A stretch of DNA of 64,000 nucleotides from Octopus vulgaris (GCA_951406725.2 OX597823.1:93310001-93374000), one strand, 5' to 3'. Positions 15,421-27,682 are shown, numbered from the stretch's first letter. Translations and numbers: made by a program. The notes: generated by a model from the letters alone, not told the origin.

Positions 15421-16050
15421 AGATAGCTAGATAGATACATGCTTGCATATATACAGATACACTTGCTTATACGTGCATAGAGAAATGCGTACGCATACAC
15501 ACATATACATACATGCAAGCAAATTAATATACATACATATACTTGCTCGTGTGCGTGTATTCGCAAAGGTGTAAAATGTAAAATGACGGCTACTTGTTGG
15601 GAAAGAAAGTAAATAACTGCATGTATAGAATAGTATTTGTACAAATCGGGAGAAAAAGACAGTAAAATCATGAGAGACCTTGAAAGATAGAGAGAGAGAG
15701 AAGGAAAGAGTGGGAGAGCGAGAGAGTGAGAAGGAAAGGAAGAGAAGAGGAAAGAGAGACTGATTGACCTAAAGGCAAATGGAATGATGGTGCAAACGCA
15801 GTGTTTAGATAATGATACACTGGAAGATAATGATCAATAAAATGAATGAGATTTGGAGAGTGATAGAGAACAAGAGCGATACAGGAAGGAAAAACGTAAA
15901 GCTACGAAAATAATCAGTGTTTAATGCTACAAAATTTGTATTAACAAAAACATCTAACTACAGTGTTTATCACAGACAGCCATAATGTTCAGGCTGACAG
16001 TCTCTCACTCTATCTTTCTCCATACCACTACCTCTTTCTCAATCTCTCTC

Positions 16051-16090
<40 letters not shown>

Positions 16091-16534
16091 ATACTTCAAT
16101 GATCTAACGTTATTCTTTTTCTATGTCTATTTGTACATGTATATTATTTTAAATTTAATTGAATATTTTTAACAACTTGAGGTCGTTTAAATATAGGTGA
16201 TATATCTTACTTGCAAATATGTTCATGTATTGAAAAAGAAAACATACATAAACAGTTCTTTTTCTATATAGTTCTTATCGATTTGAAGCCATTTATGTAT
16301 TATTTTAGAATTATTTATATATTTTTTTGATAGAGAAACCAAGTTAAACTTTATAAAAGCTAACGGAATATATTTTGAAGAATATGGTTGGTAACTAATC
16401 CATGTACCTCACCTCAACATAAACGAATTTCTGAAATATAGAAAACATTTATAACTATAAATGTACTCACGTAGCACAAACATACACACAACACACAAGC
16501 ACACTGACATAAGCACATATACATGTTCGCATAC

Positions 16535-16572
<38 letters not shown>

Positions 16573-16574
<2 letters not shown>

Positions 16575-16794
16575 TTTCAAAATGTGACCGCGTGTGTACC
16601 GATGGCGATTTTTTTCCTCTGTCTTCCCTTCTCTGAATCTTTCCTTCTCCTATGTTTCCGACGAAGTGCTCCGCTCGAAACGTTAAACCCTCCTTCTTTC
16701 CTTCTTTCCTGAGCGTCCAATAATACTTTAATTGTTCCACGTCCTCGCCTTGCTGTGTTTTTTTTTGTGTTTTCTTGTTTGGATTAACATTTAC
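16573..16794 (+). mobile_element. Short (TA)n-embedded element with minimal hammerhead-like fold (Penelope pLTR/retrozyme-like)
   Basis: guuu-CCGACGA-agugc ucc gcuc-GAAA-cgUU-aaac at 16654-16688; homologous to 24895-25049. Confidence 0.7.
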
Positions 16795-16796
16795 TA

Positions 16797-16832
<36 letters not shown>

Positions 16833-16979
16833 TGTATGTATGTATGTATGTATATATATATGGAAGAGAAAGCGAGAAAGCGAGGGAGTATGAATATATA
16901 TCTACCTATCGATATATCTATATACATGGATATATACATGTGTATGTATATGTGTGTGTATATGTGTGTGTGTGTGAAT

Positions 16980-17162
16980 TTGTCCCCCCTCACTATCGCT
17001 TGACAAGCGATGCTGGTGTGCTTACTTCCACGTAACTTGGCGGTTTTAGCAAAAGAGACCGATAGAATAAGTACTAGGCTTACAAAGAATAAGTTCTCGG
17101 GTCGATTTGTTCGACTAAAAGCAGTGCTCCACCATGGCCGTAGTGAGATGACTGAAACAAAT

Positions 17163-17163
<1 letters not shown>
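16980..17163 (+). mobile_element. SINE family B, 3' half
   Basis: atcgcttgacaagcgatgctggtg..gaccgatagaataagtactaggcttacaaagaataag..actgaaacaa. Confidence 0.9.
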
Positions 17164-17222
<59 letters not shown>

Positions 17223-17225
17223 CTC

Positions 17226-17604
17226 TCTTGCTTCAGTCATTTGAATGTGCCCATGTTGGAGCACCGCCTTTAGTCGAGCAAATCGACCCCAGGACTTATT
17301 CTTTGTAAGCTTAGTACTTAGTTTATCGTTCACTTTTGCCGAACCGCTATGTTTCGGGGACGTAAACACACCAGCATCGGCTGTCAAGCGATGTTGGGGG
17401 AGGGGTCAAACAGGGAGACACAAACATATACACACACATACATATCTATATATACATATATACGACGGGTTTCTTTCAGTTTCCGTCTACCAAATCCACT
17501 CACAAGGCTTTAGTCGGCCCGAGGCTATAGTGGAAGACACTTGCGCAAGATTCCACATGGTGGGACTGAACCTGCATCCATGTGGTTCGTAAGACAGCTA
17601 CCTT
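17226..17604 (-). mobile_element. SINE family B, near full length
   Basis: Reverse complement of the adjacent copy, plus head with ggttcagtccc B-box-like motif. Confidence 0.9.
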
Positions 17605-18078
17605 ATTTCATTAAGAGTTGCCCTAAAGGCATTACAAAGAGTAGTGTGCGGACTGGACAGATACATTGATGAGGTGAATGATGAAAAAAGAATATGATGG
17701 GAGAAGTCAAAGAACACCCGCCAATTTTTGGCTTCTCTAAAACATTATTCTTCTTTTTTTCAACAGAAAATAAAAACGAGGTATTGAACATCTCACTACA
17801 GTTTTTGCAATTATTGGACTTAATAGTCCATTACAAAGAATAACATACAATAAAATATTCAATATACAATCAACACTAGTCCATTTACACATTGAATGCA
17901 AAGAGTTCCGAGATGCATATTTTTTTTATTCCTTTGTATTATTCTTTAGTGACACGTGTTTTGTTACGGGTGCCATTCCTAGATACCTGCAACATTCCTC
18001 CTCAGATGTAAGGGAAACAGTTAAATCATTGATGGAAACGCTGCTAGCCTGGTTTACAGTTTTACCCCCTTCCAAACC

Positions 18079-18135
<57 letters not shown>

Positions 18136-19068
18136 TATATCTCTTATTATAAAAGGCAGATTTTATCTGCCTCCCTTTGTCTCTTATAGAAATCTACAAT
18201 ATAGGATTTTTTCAATTACAATTTACCTAGCATTTTTAAGAGTAGAATGCATCGGGTCGTGCCAGGTCCAGTTTTTAAAATATCAACCCCAATTAAGAAA
18301 AATTTAGAGAAAACTCACATTCTGGTGTGTATGTCAAATGCTTTTCTTAGTGTGGGCTACAGCACACGCATACGCACACACACACAAACGGAGCGAACTG
18401 TTTCACTGACGCTATCACCCTAATTTCTCCTTTCTCTTTGCAAGTCTACCTTACAACACTACTCAAAAAAAAAAGAAAGCAGCAAACAGAAACAAATAAA
18501 TACATAACGATTTACTCCTCACACAATTTCTTCAATTAGACTTTACCTATGATTTTTCAAAGAACTTCCATTGGGTCATGCCATACAAAATTTCTTTCAA
18601 TTTCACCCCCAATTAAGACAAAATTCGAGAAAACTCAATATTTTAACATTTCACTTTGAAGCCTTTACTCTACCTATTACTCCCACTTCCTCTTTAGACA
18701 CATAGACACGCTAATATATACGACAGTGTCAATTGTTGACAGACATTGTAAGCTAACGTGTGTGTGTGTGTGCGTGTGTGTCTGTGTGTGTGTGTGTGCG
18801 TGTGTGTGAGGGTGCGCGTGTGTGTGTGTGTGTGTGTGTGTGACAGGGATGACCCATTCAGACTGGTCATCCTTTTTGCTAGAAGATCACCTATGCTACA
18901 CCACTGGTTTTCAGTTCATATTAATCAAATTAATATTCACAAGAAGAAGGACTATTCATTATAATACATCAGTTCCATCGGACAACTGCACAAACATTTG
19001 CCATTTTACACATGTATGTAAACAAATTCCTTTCTTTTAGAATTTCAGTTCATTTTTTTTTTCAATTA

Positions 19069-19424
19069 ATACAAAGTTATTTAGGACGAATATAACATCT
19101 AAAGTTATCTCTAAGAAGCAGAAAGATCGCCCAAAAGTGTATATAGATATTTAAATCTATTTATATATTCATCTATGCACACATGTATGTATAACGTGTG
19201 TGTATATATTTCCATAGAGGTAACCATTCACTCCATACAAAGTTTTTTAGGACGAAAATAAGATCTAAAGTTATCTCTAAGAAGCAGAAAGATCGTCCAA
19301 AAGTGTATATAGATATTTAAATGTATTTATATATTCATCTATACACACATGTATGTATAATGTGTGTGTATATATTTCCATAGAGGTAACCATTCACTCC
19401 ATACAAAGTTTTTTAGGACGAAAA
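19069..19424 (+). repeat. Tandem repeat, 166-bp unit x2.1, inside the Helitron
   Basis: atacaaagtt.tttaggacgaa begins at 19069, 19235 and 19401. Confidence 0.95.
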
Positions 19425-19673
19425 CCTTTATATATAAAAGAAAGGTTGTGTGTCTATCTACTCCGATTTAGATTCCTAACTACTCCCACATTTTGCGATG
19501 CAGTTTAACCAAAACCGAGTATCTTATAGTCGTGATTCATATCGAGCCCTTCTGGGTATTAGCGCGCGTCTACGATGAGTCTACGATTTTACAAATAATT
19601 TACCATCATTTTTTCCCATTTTAATGCATTTTTTTTTAAATTAAGGGAAGTAACTCTCAAACTTCACACCAAT

Positions 19674-20195
19674 ATGCGTGCTCATATGCGACGTAATATC
19701 ACATCAGCAGCATTTCCTCACACCCTCATTGCACTTGGCGAAGGCAAAATACCAGGGGATGAAAATGGTAATATTGCCATCGATTCCATTTGTACCATTG
19801 TTAAGACGCCTTCTGATCTCAGAGATGCAGTGTTCCAAGATCTACAAGCTAATTATCAGAATATGGATTGGATTGGCAAAAAGGCTATACTGGCCCCAAG
19901 GAATAAAACTGTTCACCATATTAATGATGAAATGCTAAAACTCATTCCTGGGGAAGTCTATGTATATCAGTCTATCGATACAACTCCTGACCCAGAGGAC
20001 GTCATCAACTATCCAATAGAGGTACTCAATTCCTTTGAGCACCCCGGACTACCACCACACATTCTCAAACTTAAAGTTGGTGCCCCTATAATGCTCATCA
20101 GAAATTTGGTTCCCCCAAAACAATGCAATGGCACACGTTTGATCGTTAAGTCCTTATCTCCCAGCGTAAACTTATATCAATATTTGCCTGAATAA
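19674..20195 (+). pseudogene. Helitron RepHel PIF1-family helicase fragment (173 aa)
   Basis: NMR..LIALGEG, KAILAPRNKTVHHIN, YPIEVLNS..GLPPHILKLKVGAPIMLIRNL..CNGTRLIV are typical of Helitron PIF1. Confidence 0.92.
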
Positions 20196-20270
20196 TCATC
20201 ATCATTCAGTGCAATCATTAACAGTACTTTCAAGTAATTCAGCCCCGAGCAACGCCGGGCAATTCTGCTA

Positions 20271-20353
<83 letters not shown>

Positions 20354-20384
20354 TGTATGTATGTATGTATGTATGTATGTATGC

Positions 20385-20695
20385 ATGCGAGAAAGCGAGA
20401 CAGATGAGTGACAACCTGGCCACTGGTGGTGGTGGTGTTACACACCATACTGATCATATCTGTCGGGCATGTGGAAGAAGTGTAATTCGGCAGGAGGACT
20501 TAAACGACATGCAAAGGTACATGAAGCCGAGTTACAACTACAGCCGGCTATTGCCAGTAATGGTTTTAGCTGCCAGTTCTGTACAAGACATTGTAGATCT
20601 TTAGCTGGGCTAAAAAGTCACATTTGATCACAGCACCAATAACATTTAAGCTTCGTGCAGTGGCCATACTCGATAACGAGGGAGCAGCCATCATG
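20385..20695 (+). mobile_element. 3' end of an RTE-like LINE with two C2H2 zinc fingers, in (TATG)n
   Basis: CRACGRS.NSAGGLKRHAKVH and CQFCTRHCRSLAGLKSHI*SQH (one frameshift, one stop); short 3' UTR, then (ATGT)n. Confidence 0.7.
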
Positions 20696-20887
20696 TATGT
20701 ATGTATGTATGTATGTATGTATGTATGTATGTATGTATGTATGTATGTATGTATGTATGTGTATACGTAGGTCGCGGTGTCGGCAGTGGTATTTGTTGAG
20801 ATGATGGTGATGATGGTGGTGAAGGTGGTTGGGGCCGTAATTGTGTGCTTCGTAGTTGTCATATTGTTAATAGTAACTGGAAGCAAG

Positions 20888-20958
20888 CCGGAGAGCTGGC
20901 AGAAACGTTAGCACGCCGGGCGAAATGCGTTAGCGGTATTTCGCCTGCCGTTTCGTTG
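20888..20958 (+). mobile_element. SINE family M head fragment
   Basis: gagctggcagaaacgttagcacgccgggcgaaatgcgttagcggtatttcg. Confidence 0.85.
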
Positions 20959-21233
20959 TGAATGTGTTTTTGTCTATTTCTGGTGCATTTCTTTGTCAAT
21001 TTTAGGTTTATTTGCTGGCAATAACGTATCAATATATGTGTCCTTTTGCTAGTTGGTTGAAGCATTCCCTGATTCTTTTCACAATTATGTGACACACTGC
21101 CATAATTCATTTGTGTTCGAGAATAAAGCGCACCAATGCATAGGATTTGCTTTGAACACCAGACGTTAGAGAAATGTGCAAAGAGCAAAACATTTTTAGT
21201 ACTACTTCATTTTTCCGAGTTTCTGTGCATATT

Positions 21234-21272
<39 letters not shown>

Positions 21273-21327
21273 ATACATATATAATAATTATTTGAAGGAA
21301 TTGAAAAAAGGTGTTTTTTTCTAATTT

Positions 21328-21395
<68 letters not shown>

Positions 21396-22225
21396 TGTAT
21401 GTATATGTATGTGTTCGAGCGTATGTATATTTTGCTCATGGTACATAAGATATATATATATATATATAAATCCTTATGTATTTAGATACACATATACAAA
21501 TATAGATATAACTGGAGAAGCACATACACACGCATACAAACAGACACACACACATGTTCATATTACATGCATGTGTGAATAAAAAATTCCTCAATGCATT
21601 AAGTAGATTTATTTATTTATTTATTTATCTATGCAGGTATTAATTGTTTTTTTTCCTTATGAAAGGTGGAACTTCAAAAGCTACAATCACTAATTTCACG
21701 TTCTTGACGCTGATACCACAGCGAAATTTAAAAGTTTCTGTATAATGGGCAACAAATATCAAACCAAAAATGAGTATATAAAAGAAAATAAATCAAAATT
21801 TTAATAATGGAGTACTCAATATTCGTGTCATAAAATGAAAGTATATAAGTTCTATGGGGGAAAAAATATCTGTGGATTCACTTAAAGCAAATTGTTTGAA
21901 TGAAATATGGAATTCAGGTAAAAAATGAAATCAGAACAATTTAGCATAGGACTTAAATGATAATAGGAAAATCGATGTTTTTGAAAAATAAGGTTTAACT
22001 ATACAGAGCTAAACAGAATATTTAACTCTTTATTGGATCTTTTGAAAACCTTTCCATTCACTGCGGTGCATAAAATGTTTAATTTCCAGTGAATTGTGGA
22101 ACGTGATCGTTATAGGAATATTATATAGGTTATGTCTATAGCTGCGCAGTCTCGTTCACAAAGATGGGAAAAACGTTCTATTTACTTGAAGCATTCAGTT
22201 CGTAAAATAGAGTGGATTCATTCGT

Positions 22226-22268
<43 letters not shown>

Positions 22269-22322
22269 TTAAAGCAATGGCTTTGAGAAAACTAATCTTG
22301 TGAAGATTATATATGTATGTAC

Positions 22323-22364
<42 letters not shown>

Positions 22365-22498
22365 GGAGAGAGGGGGAGAGAGAGAGATGGATAGATACAT
22401 ACATACATACATACATACATAGACAGACAGACAGACAAATAGATAAATAGATAGATAGATAGATAGATAGATAGTGATCGAGAGAGAGACGCATTTAT

Positions 22499-22530
<32 letters not shown>

Positions 22531-22859
22531 AGACATAAATATATATATATATATATGTTTGTATGTACATTTTTGTGTGCGATGTATATATAATTGTGTA
22601 TATAATGATTTTCAGCGGGAAAAAAACCTAGTTACCCGCAACAAAAAAAACTTCAACGCTTCACAGTACTATTTTGAGTTATATTATCAAATACTGCTGG
22701 ATTATATGACATAAAGAAAACTAAATTAGGTTTGGATTATATTTAGCGTAAAAAAAGTGTTGTTGAGTGAGATTCTGAAGAATGCTGATCGAGTTCATGA
22801 TTACGAAGTGGAGGATGATTCTAGTTATTAGCAGCATGCGGAGAACGCCGAATATTTTG

Positions 22860-23412
22860 GGGAAGTGGGTAGTCGATCCAAGTGTTCAACTAGTACTTTA
22901 TTTCCTGGGACCTGAAACGGTGAAATCTAAAGTTAACCTCGGCGAAATTTGAACTCAGAAATTAAAGACAGACGAAATGTCAGCTTGACGATTCAATAAC
23001 AATGACAATAATCTTATCTACGATAAGCACAAGGCCAGAAGTTTGTGGTGGAGGGGTCTAGTCCAATAAATCGACACCAGTGTTTCATTGATACTTCATT
23101 TATCGATCCAAAAAGGGCAAAGTCATCCTAGGTAAAGTCGACCTAGGCGGAATTTGAACTCAGAACGGCAGACGAAATACCTATTTCTTTACTACCCACA
23201 AGGGGCTAAACACAGAGAGGACAAACAAGGATAGACAAACAGATTAAGTCGATCATATCGACCTCGGTGCGTAACTGGTACTTATTTAATCGCCCCAGAA
23301 AGGATGAAAAGCAAAGTCGAACTCGGCGGAATTTGAACTCATGACGTAACGGCAGACGAAATACGGTTACGCATTTCGCCCGGCGTGCTAACGTTTCTGC
23401 CAGCTCGCCGCC
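22860..23412 (-). mobile_element. SINE family M cluster: two older bodies plus a young copy joined tail-to-body at 23180/23181
   Basis: Three occurrences of aaagt..acct.ggcg.aatttgaactc; head ends at 23412. Confidence 0.9.
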
Positions 23413-23470
23413 TTCAATAATAATAATAATAATATTAATAATAATAATAATAACAACAACAACAACAATG

Positions 23471-23547
<77 letters not shown>

Positions 23548-24124
23548 TCTGATAATGGAAACTATAGTGAGCTTCTAATATACATAGAGATAAGATGATT
23601 TTTTCTAGCTGCAGGCCGAATGCCTATGATGCGTATCAAGATTGAAATAAAAAAAAAACGGTAAGAAAAATTAGTGATAAAAAGCATAGATAAAAATACC
23701 TAGATAGTACAATAGAAAATGTCATAAAACGATAAGGTGAAGATAGATGGACAGCGGGGAAACGGTTGTATGACGGAATAATGAAATAGTTAAAAGGTAA
23801 ATGGAATGCAAAATTAAAAATAGAAGGAAAGGTCACGGATTTGATTCATAGCTAGGACAGGTGTGGTGTTTGTAATAAACGGGAGGTAGTATGAATCAAG
23901 TGCATCTATCAATGGAAGATGTTTGTAAAAGTGGAGATGAAACACAGGTGGAACACACAAAGCGTTTAACCCATATTTAAGCACTTCATTTAAATTCATT
24001 ATTCTTTCCTCGTCCTCATCTTCTTGTACTTCTTCTTCTCCTTCTTCTCCTCCTTCTTCTTCTTCTTCTCCTCCACCTCCGCCTCCTCCCCCTCCTCTTC
24101 TTCTTCTTCTTCTTCTTCGTTTTA

Positions 24125-24464
24125 TTATATCGACATCAGTGCGTAACTGGTACTTAATCGACCCCCAAAGGATGAAAGGCAAAGTCGACCTCGGCGGAAT
24201 TTGAACTCAGAACGTAGTGGCAGACGAAATACTTATTTCTTTATTACCCACAAGGGGCTAAACATAGAGGGGTTAAACAAGGACAGACATAGGTATTATG
24301 TCGATTACATCGACCCCAGTGCGTAACTGGTACTTAATTTATCGACCCCGAAAGGATGAAAGGTAAAGTCGACCTCGGCGGAATTTGAACTCAGAACGTA
24401 AAGACAGACGAAATACCGCGAAGCATTTCACTCGACGTGCTAACGTTTCTACCAGCTCACCGCC
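24125..24464 (-). mobile_element. SINE family M, head plus ~1.6 tandem units (junction 24232/24233)
   Basis: aaagtcgacctcggcggaatttgaactcagaacgta at 24181 and 24365. Confidence 0.92.
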
Positions 24465-24766
24465 TTTATGCTTCATATTATACAGTAAAATATTACAGAG
24501 GTGGTATGTAAATATATGTATGGAGTAGTTTCGGTAGGTTACAAATCCTTTGCAATATGGAACTGACATTTACATATACTGATCAATATGAAGAATTTTT
24601 TATGACTTTTATTTTATTTATTTATTGTTTTGGTATATCTTTTAGTATATTTCAGAGAACGTACTGAGATTCGTTTTGAGATTATTGATGGAAACATGCA
24701 TTCCTGAGATGCAAATTTATAAGCACAAACTTTACAAATACTTCTATCAGTGTATGTATGTATGTG

Positions 24767-24840
<74 letters not shown>

Positions 24841-24894
24841 CGTGTGTGTGTGTGTGTATGTGTGTGTGTGTGTTCGTGTGTGTGTGTGTGTGTG

Positions 24895-25049
24895 TGTGAC
24901 CGCTTGGGTATCGTTGGCGATTTTCTTTCTCCGTGAGGAGCTCCGCTCGAAATGTTAAATCCTCTTTCTTTCTTTCCTTTCCTGAGTGTCCAATAATATT
25001 ATACTTGTTCCACGTCCTCGTGTTGTTGTGTTTTCATGTTTGGATTAAC
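24895..25049 (+). mobile_element. Second, internally deleted copy of the hammerhead-like (TA)n element
   Basis: tgtgaccgc..gagctccgctcgaaatgttaaa..tttcctgagtgtccaataata..ttgttccacgtcctcg..tttggattaac|(TA)n. Confidence 0.8.
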
Positions 25050-25082
<33 letters not shown>

Positions 25083-25388
25083 GTACTATGTATGTATGTA
25101 TATGTGTGTATGCATACACACATACGTGTAGACAAAGATGTCTATACACGAATATATATGTATAATGATATATTTATATATCTACATGTACACACACGCA
25201 CGTACACATATATGTATAAGTATCTACGCACATCCATACACGTATATACATGTATGTAAGTATGTAGGGAAAATTCATTTCACTTACGACAGTATTACAG
25301 TTAACCTTTTCTTTGAATCTACGCATTTCCAACTTTCAGTAATGTATTAAGAATGGCTTGGTTCCCGATTTCTGTTTGTTTCTATATA

Positions 25389-26770
25389 CAGTAATGACCA
25401 AACGTTGAGAACGAAAATAAATGTTAAAGGCATTTACATTTCTGCTTCATTTATTCGAATGGTATTTTTCTGTATATACTTTGAAGTATGTTCATTATTT
25501 ACCGTAAATTTTGTAGGGTGAGACCATTACTTGAATAACTTATAACAGGGAATATGTTTATTTGGAAAATATAAGATGGACCAAATTAGAGAACGTATGG
25601 TGTAAAATTCAAAAAGTAAAATATGGCAGCACAGCGTGAAAGTTTATATTAGACTGTAGTGAGTTAAGAACCATGGAAAGCTGATGTAAAGTTAATGAAA
25701 GCCTCAGGAAAGGAGTGGTCACATTCACAAAAGAAGGAATCGCTATTTCTGATGTCGCCAGAGAAATTAACAGATCGAAGAGTGTTGTTTCAAGAATATT
25801 CAAAGTCTATGAAAATACAGGCTTGTTTGTGTCATTAGAAACAAATGAGAGAGGCCACGGAAAACTAGTTTATGGCAAGACCGTGTTATTCAGACGCTGT
25901 GGTCAAGAGACCATTTCGATAGTGTTGCAGGAATTTCTTGCCAAGTAAATCGTTAATATGGGATGAATGTGTCTCAGAAGACTGGCTTGTCATTTGAATT
26001 AAGTCGGACTTCATGTCCATTATCCGCCACTAAACCTCTATCAGTATGGAGAAACGAAAAGTGAGTTAGTGTTTGCCAATGAGTAAATAATGTGGACAGA
26101 GGACAACTGGTCACATGTGTTCTTCAGTGAAGAAAGCAAGTTCAATTTGGTTGACTCTGATGGTAGACAATACGTTAGACATTGTAAAAAAGTGAAAGAT
26201 TGCTTCCTAAATGCATGAAGGAATCAGTGAAGTTTGGAGATGGGTGTTTAATGATATGGGCAATGATTTCTGCACTAGGTGTTGGGCTTTTCATCCGGAC
26301 CCATGGTATTGTGAATGCAACCATATACAAAAACATCGTTCTGCAGTATGTTGTGCCACCTCTGAGGTCCTTTTCAACTTGTCAGGCAATCTTTATGCAG
26401 GATATTGTGTCCATAACACAGTGTTAAAATAGTTAAGGTGTTTGAAGCTAAAAGTATTACTGTGATGCGTTGGCCAGCTCAGAGCCCTGGCCTTAATCCC
26501 ATTGAAAACTTATGAAAGATACTTGGTGATAAAATCAGAGAGCACCGACCTGCGAATGATAGGATCTCGTGGGGTAACTTACAGAAGAATGGAATAAAAT
26601 TACATCAGAACAATATGAGAAATTAGTCAAATCCTGCGGACGGAGATGTACTGAAGTCTCTTAAAATAAAAGAGTGTACTCATCTGATATTGGCGTGGAT
26701 TGTAAACATTTCTGGCAGAATTTTAATTTCTTGAATTTTACGTCAAAAGTTCTCTAATTTTGTCCATCTT
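25389..26770 (+). mobile_element. Tc1-family transposon relic of IR/DR type, right end truncated
   Basis: TA|cagt start; HTH VAREINRSKSVVSRI; WSHVFFSEESKF, VKFGDGCLMIW, IFMQD, WPAQSPGLNPIENL; 22-bp inverted match 25573-25594/26749-26770. Confidence 0.9.
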
Positions 26771-27577
26771 CTATGTTTCAAATAAACATTTTAAGCGTCT
26801 TTCAAATTCAACTTTCGCCAGCTGCACACCGGCGTGGAGACTTCAACCGTACAGTGAAGAACGACTAGCAACAGGAACCGGAAGCAGGTTTCTTATCACA
26901 CAGTCACACCATTTCTTAAGGACATTTCCTGAGACTAGTATAAGACATTTTTCTCAGTTCGTATGGGATTAATGCGCGTTGCATATCTGTAAACGAACAG
27001 ATACACACACACATTCTCACTCACTCTCTCTCACATACACACATATATATGTATAATATGCGTTTGTGCATGTGTGTATACAGGTATGAAAATATTTCTA
27101 ACGTACATATACATACACAAGCATATAGACACAAACACAGACACATAAAGCTGACAGACACGCGCTCATTAATATGTGTGTATGCGTGTAGGGCTGCGTA
27201 TGTGTGTGCATTTACAAATATACAAAGAGTATAAATAATAAATATATGTTAGTCAGAGAATGTATAAGTGGAAAAATTAGGACTAGCAATGGAATAAATA
27301 ATGATACGCGGAAATAAACTTCATTACAAAAATTGAGAACCATAGTTATTGTATGTACACTCATATTTACACATACACACGTACACACACACATAGACAT
27401 GCATATAGAGGCCTAGTTATATACAGGTATATGCAAATACATGCATACGGTTTCACAGCCATACATATATGTATATGTACTGTATATGTATATATATATA
27501 TATATATGTGTGTGAGTGTGTACATATGTATGTATATATATATATAAAGTTCAATTAAAGGTTAAATATACACATAC

Positions 27578-27616
<39 letters not shown>

Positions 27617-27647
27617 TATATATACATAAATATACATATATATATAC

Positions 27648-27682
<35 letters not shown>

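Larger units (their letters stand above)
18140..20271 (+). mobile_element. Composite non-autonomous Helitron
   Basis: A|TCtcttattataaaaggc 5' end; 3' hairpin cccgagcaacgccggg then CTAG|T (20268-20272); (TA)n on both sides; internal PIF1 helicase fragment. Confidence 0.8.

Noticed and set aside
19674-20195. Cellular PIF1 gene
   Set aside because: Partial domain bounded by Helitron termini
20440-20640. Host C2H2 zinc-finger gene exon
   Set aside because: Frameshift and stop, no TGEKP linker, and followed by a LINE-like UTR and repeat tail
22040-22110. DHVPQFTG resembling an LTR integrase DNGPQF motif
   Set aside because: No flanking integrase similarity; probably chance
26780-26986. Minus-strand exon candidate after a tttacag acceptor
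   Set aside because: All frames close within ~23 codons; no donor identified
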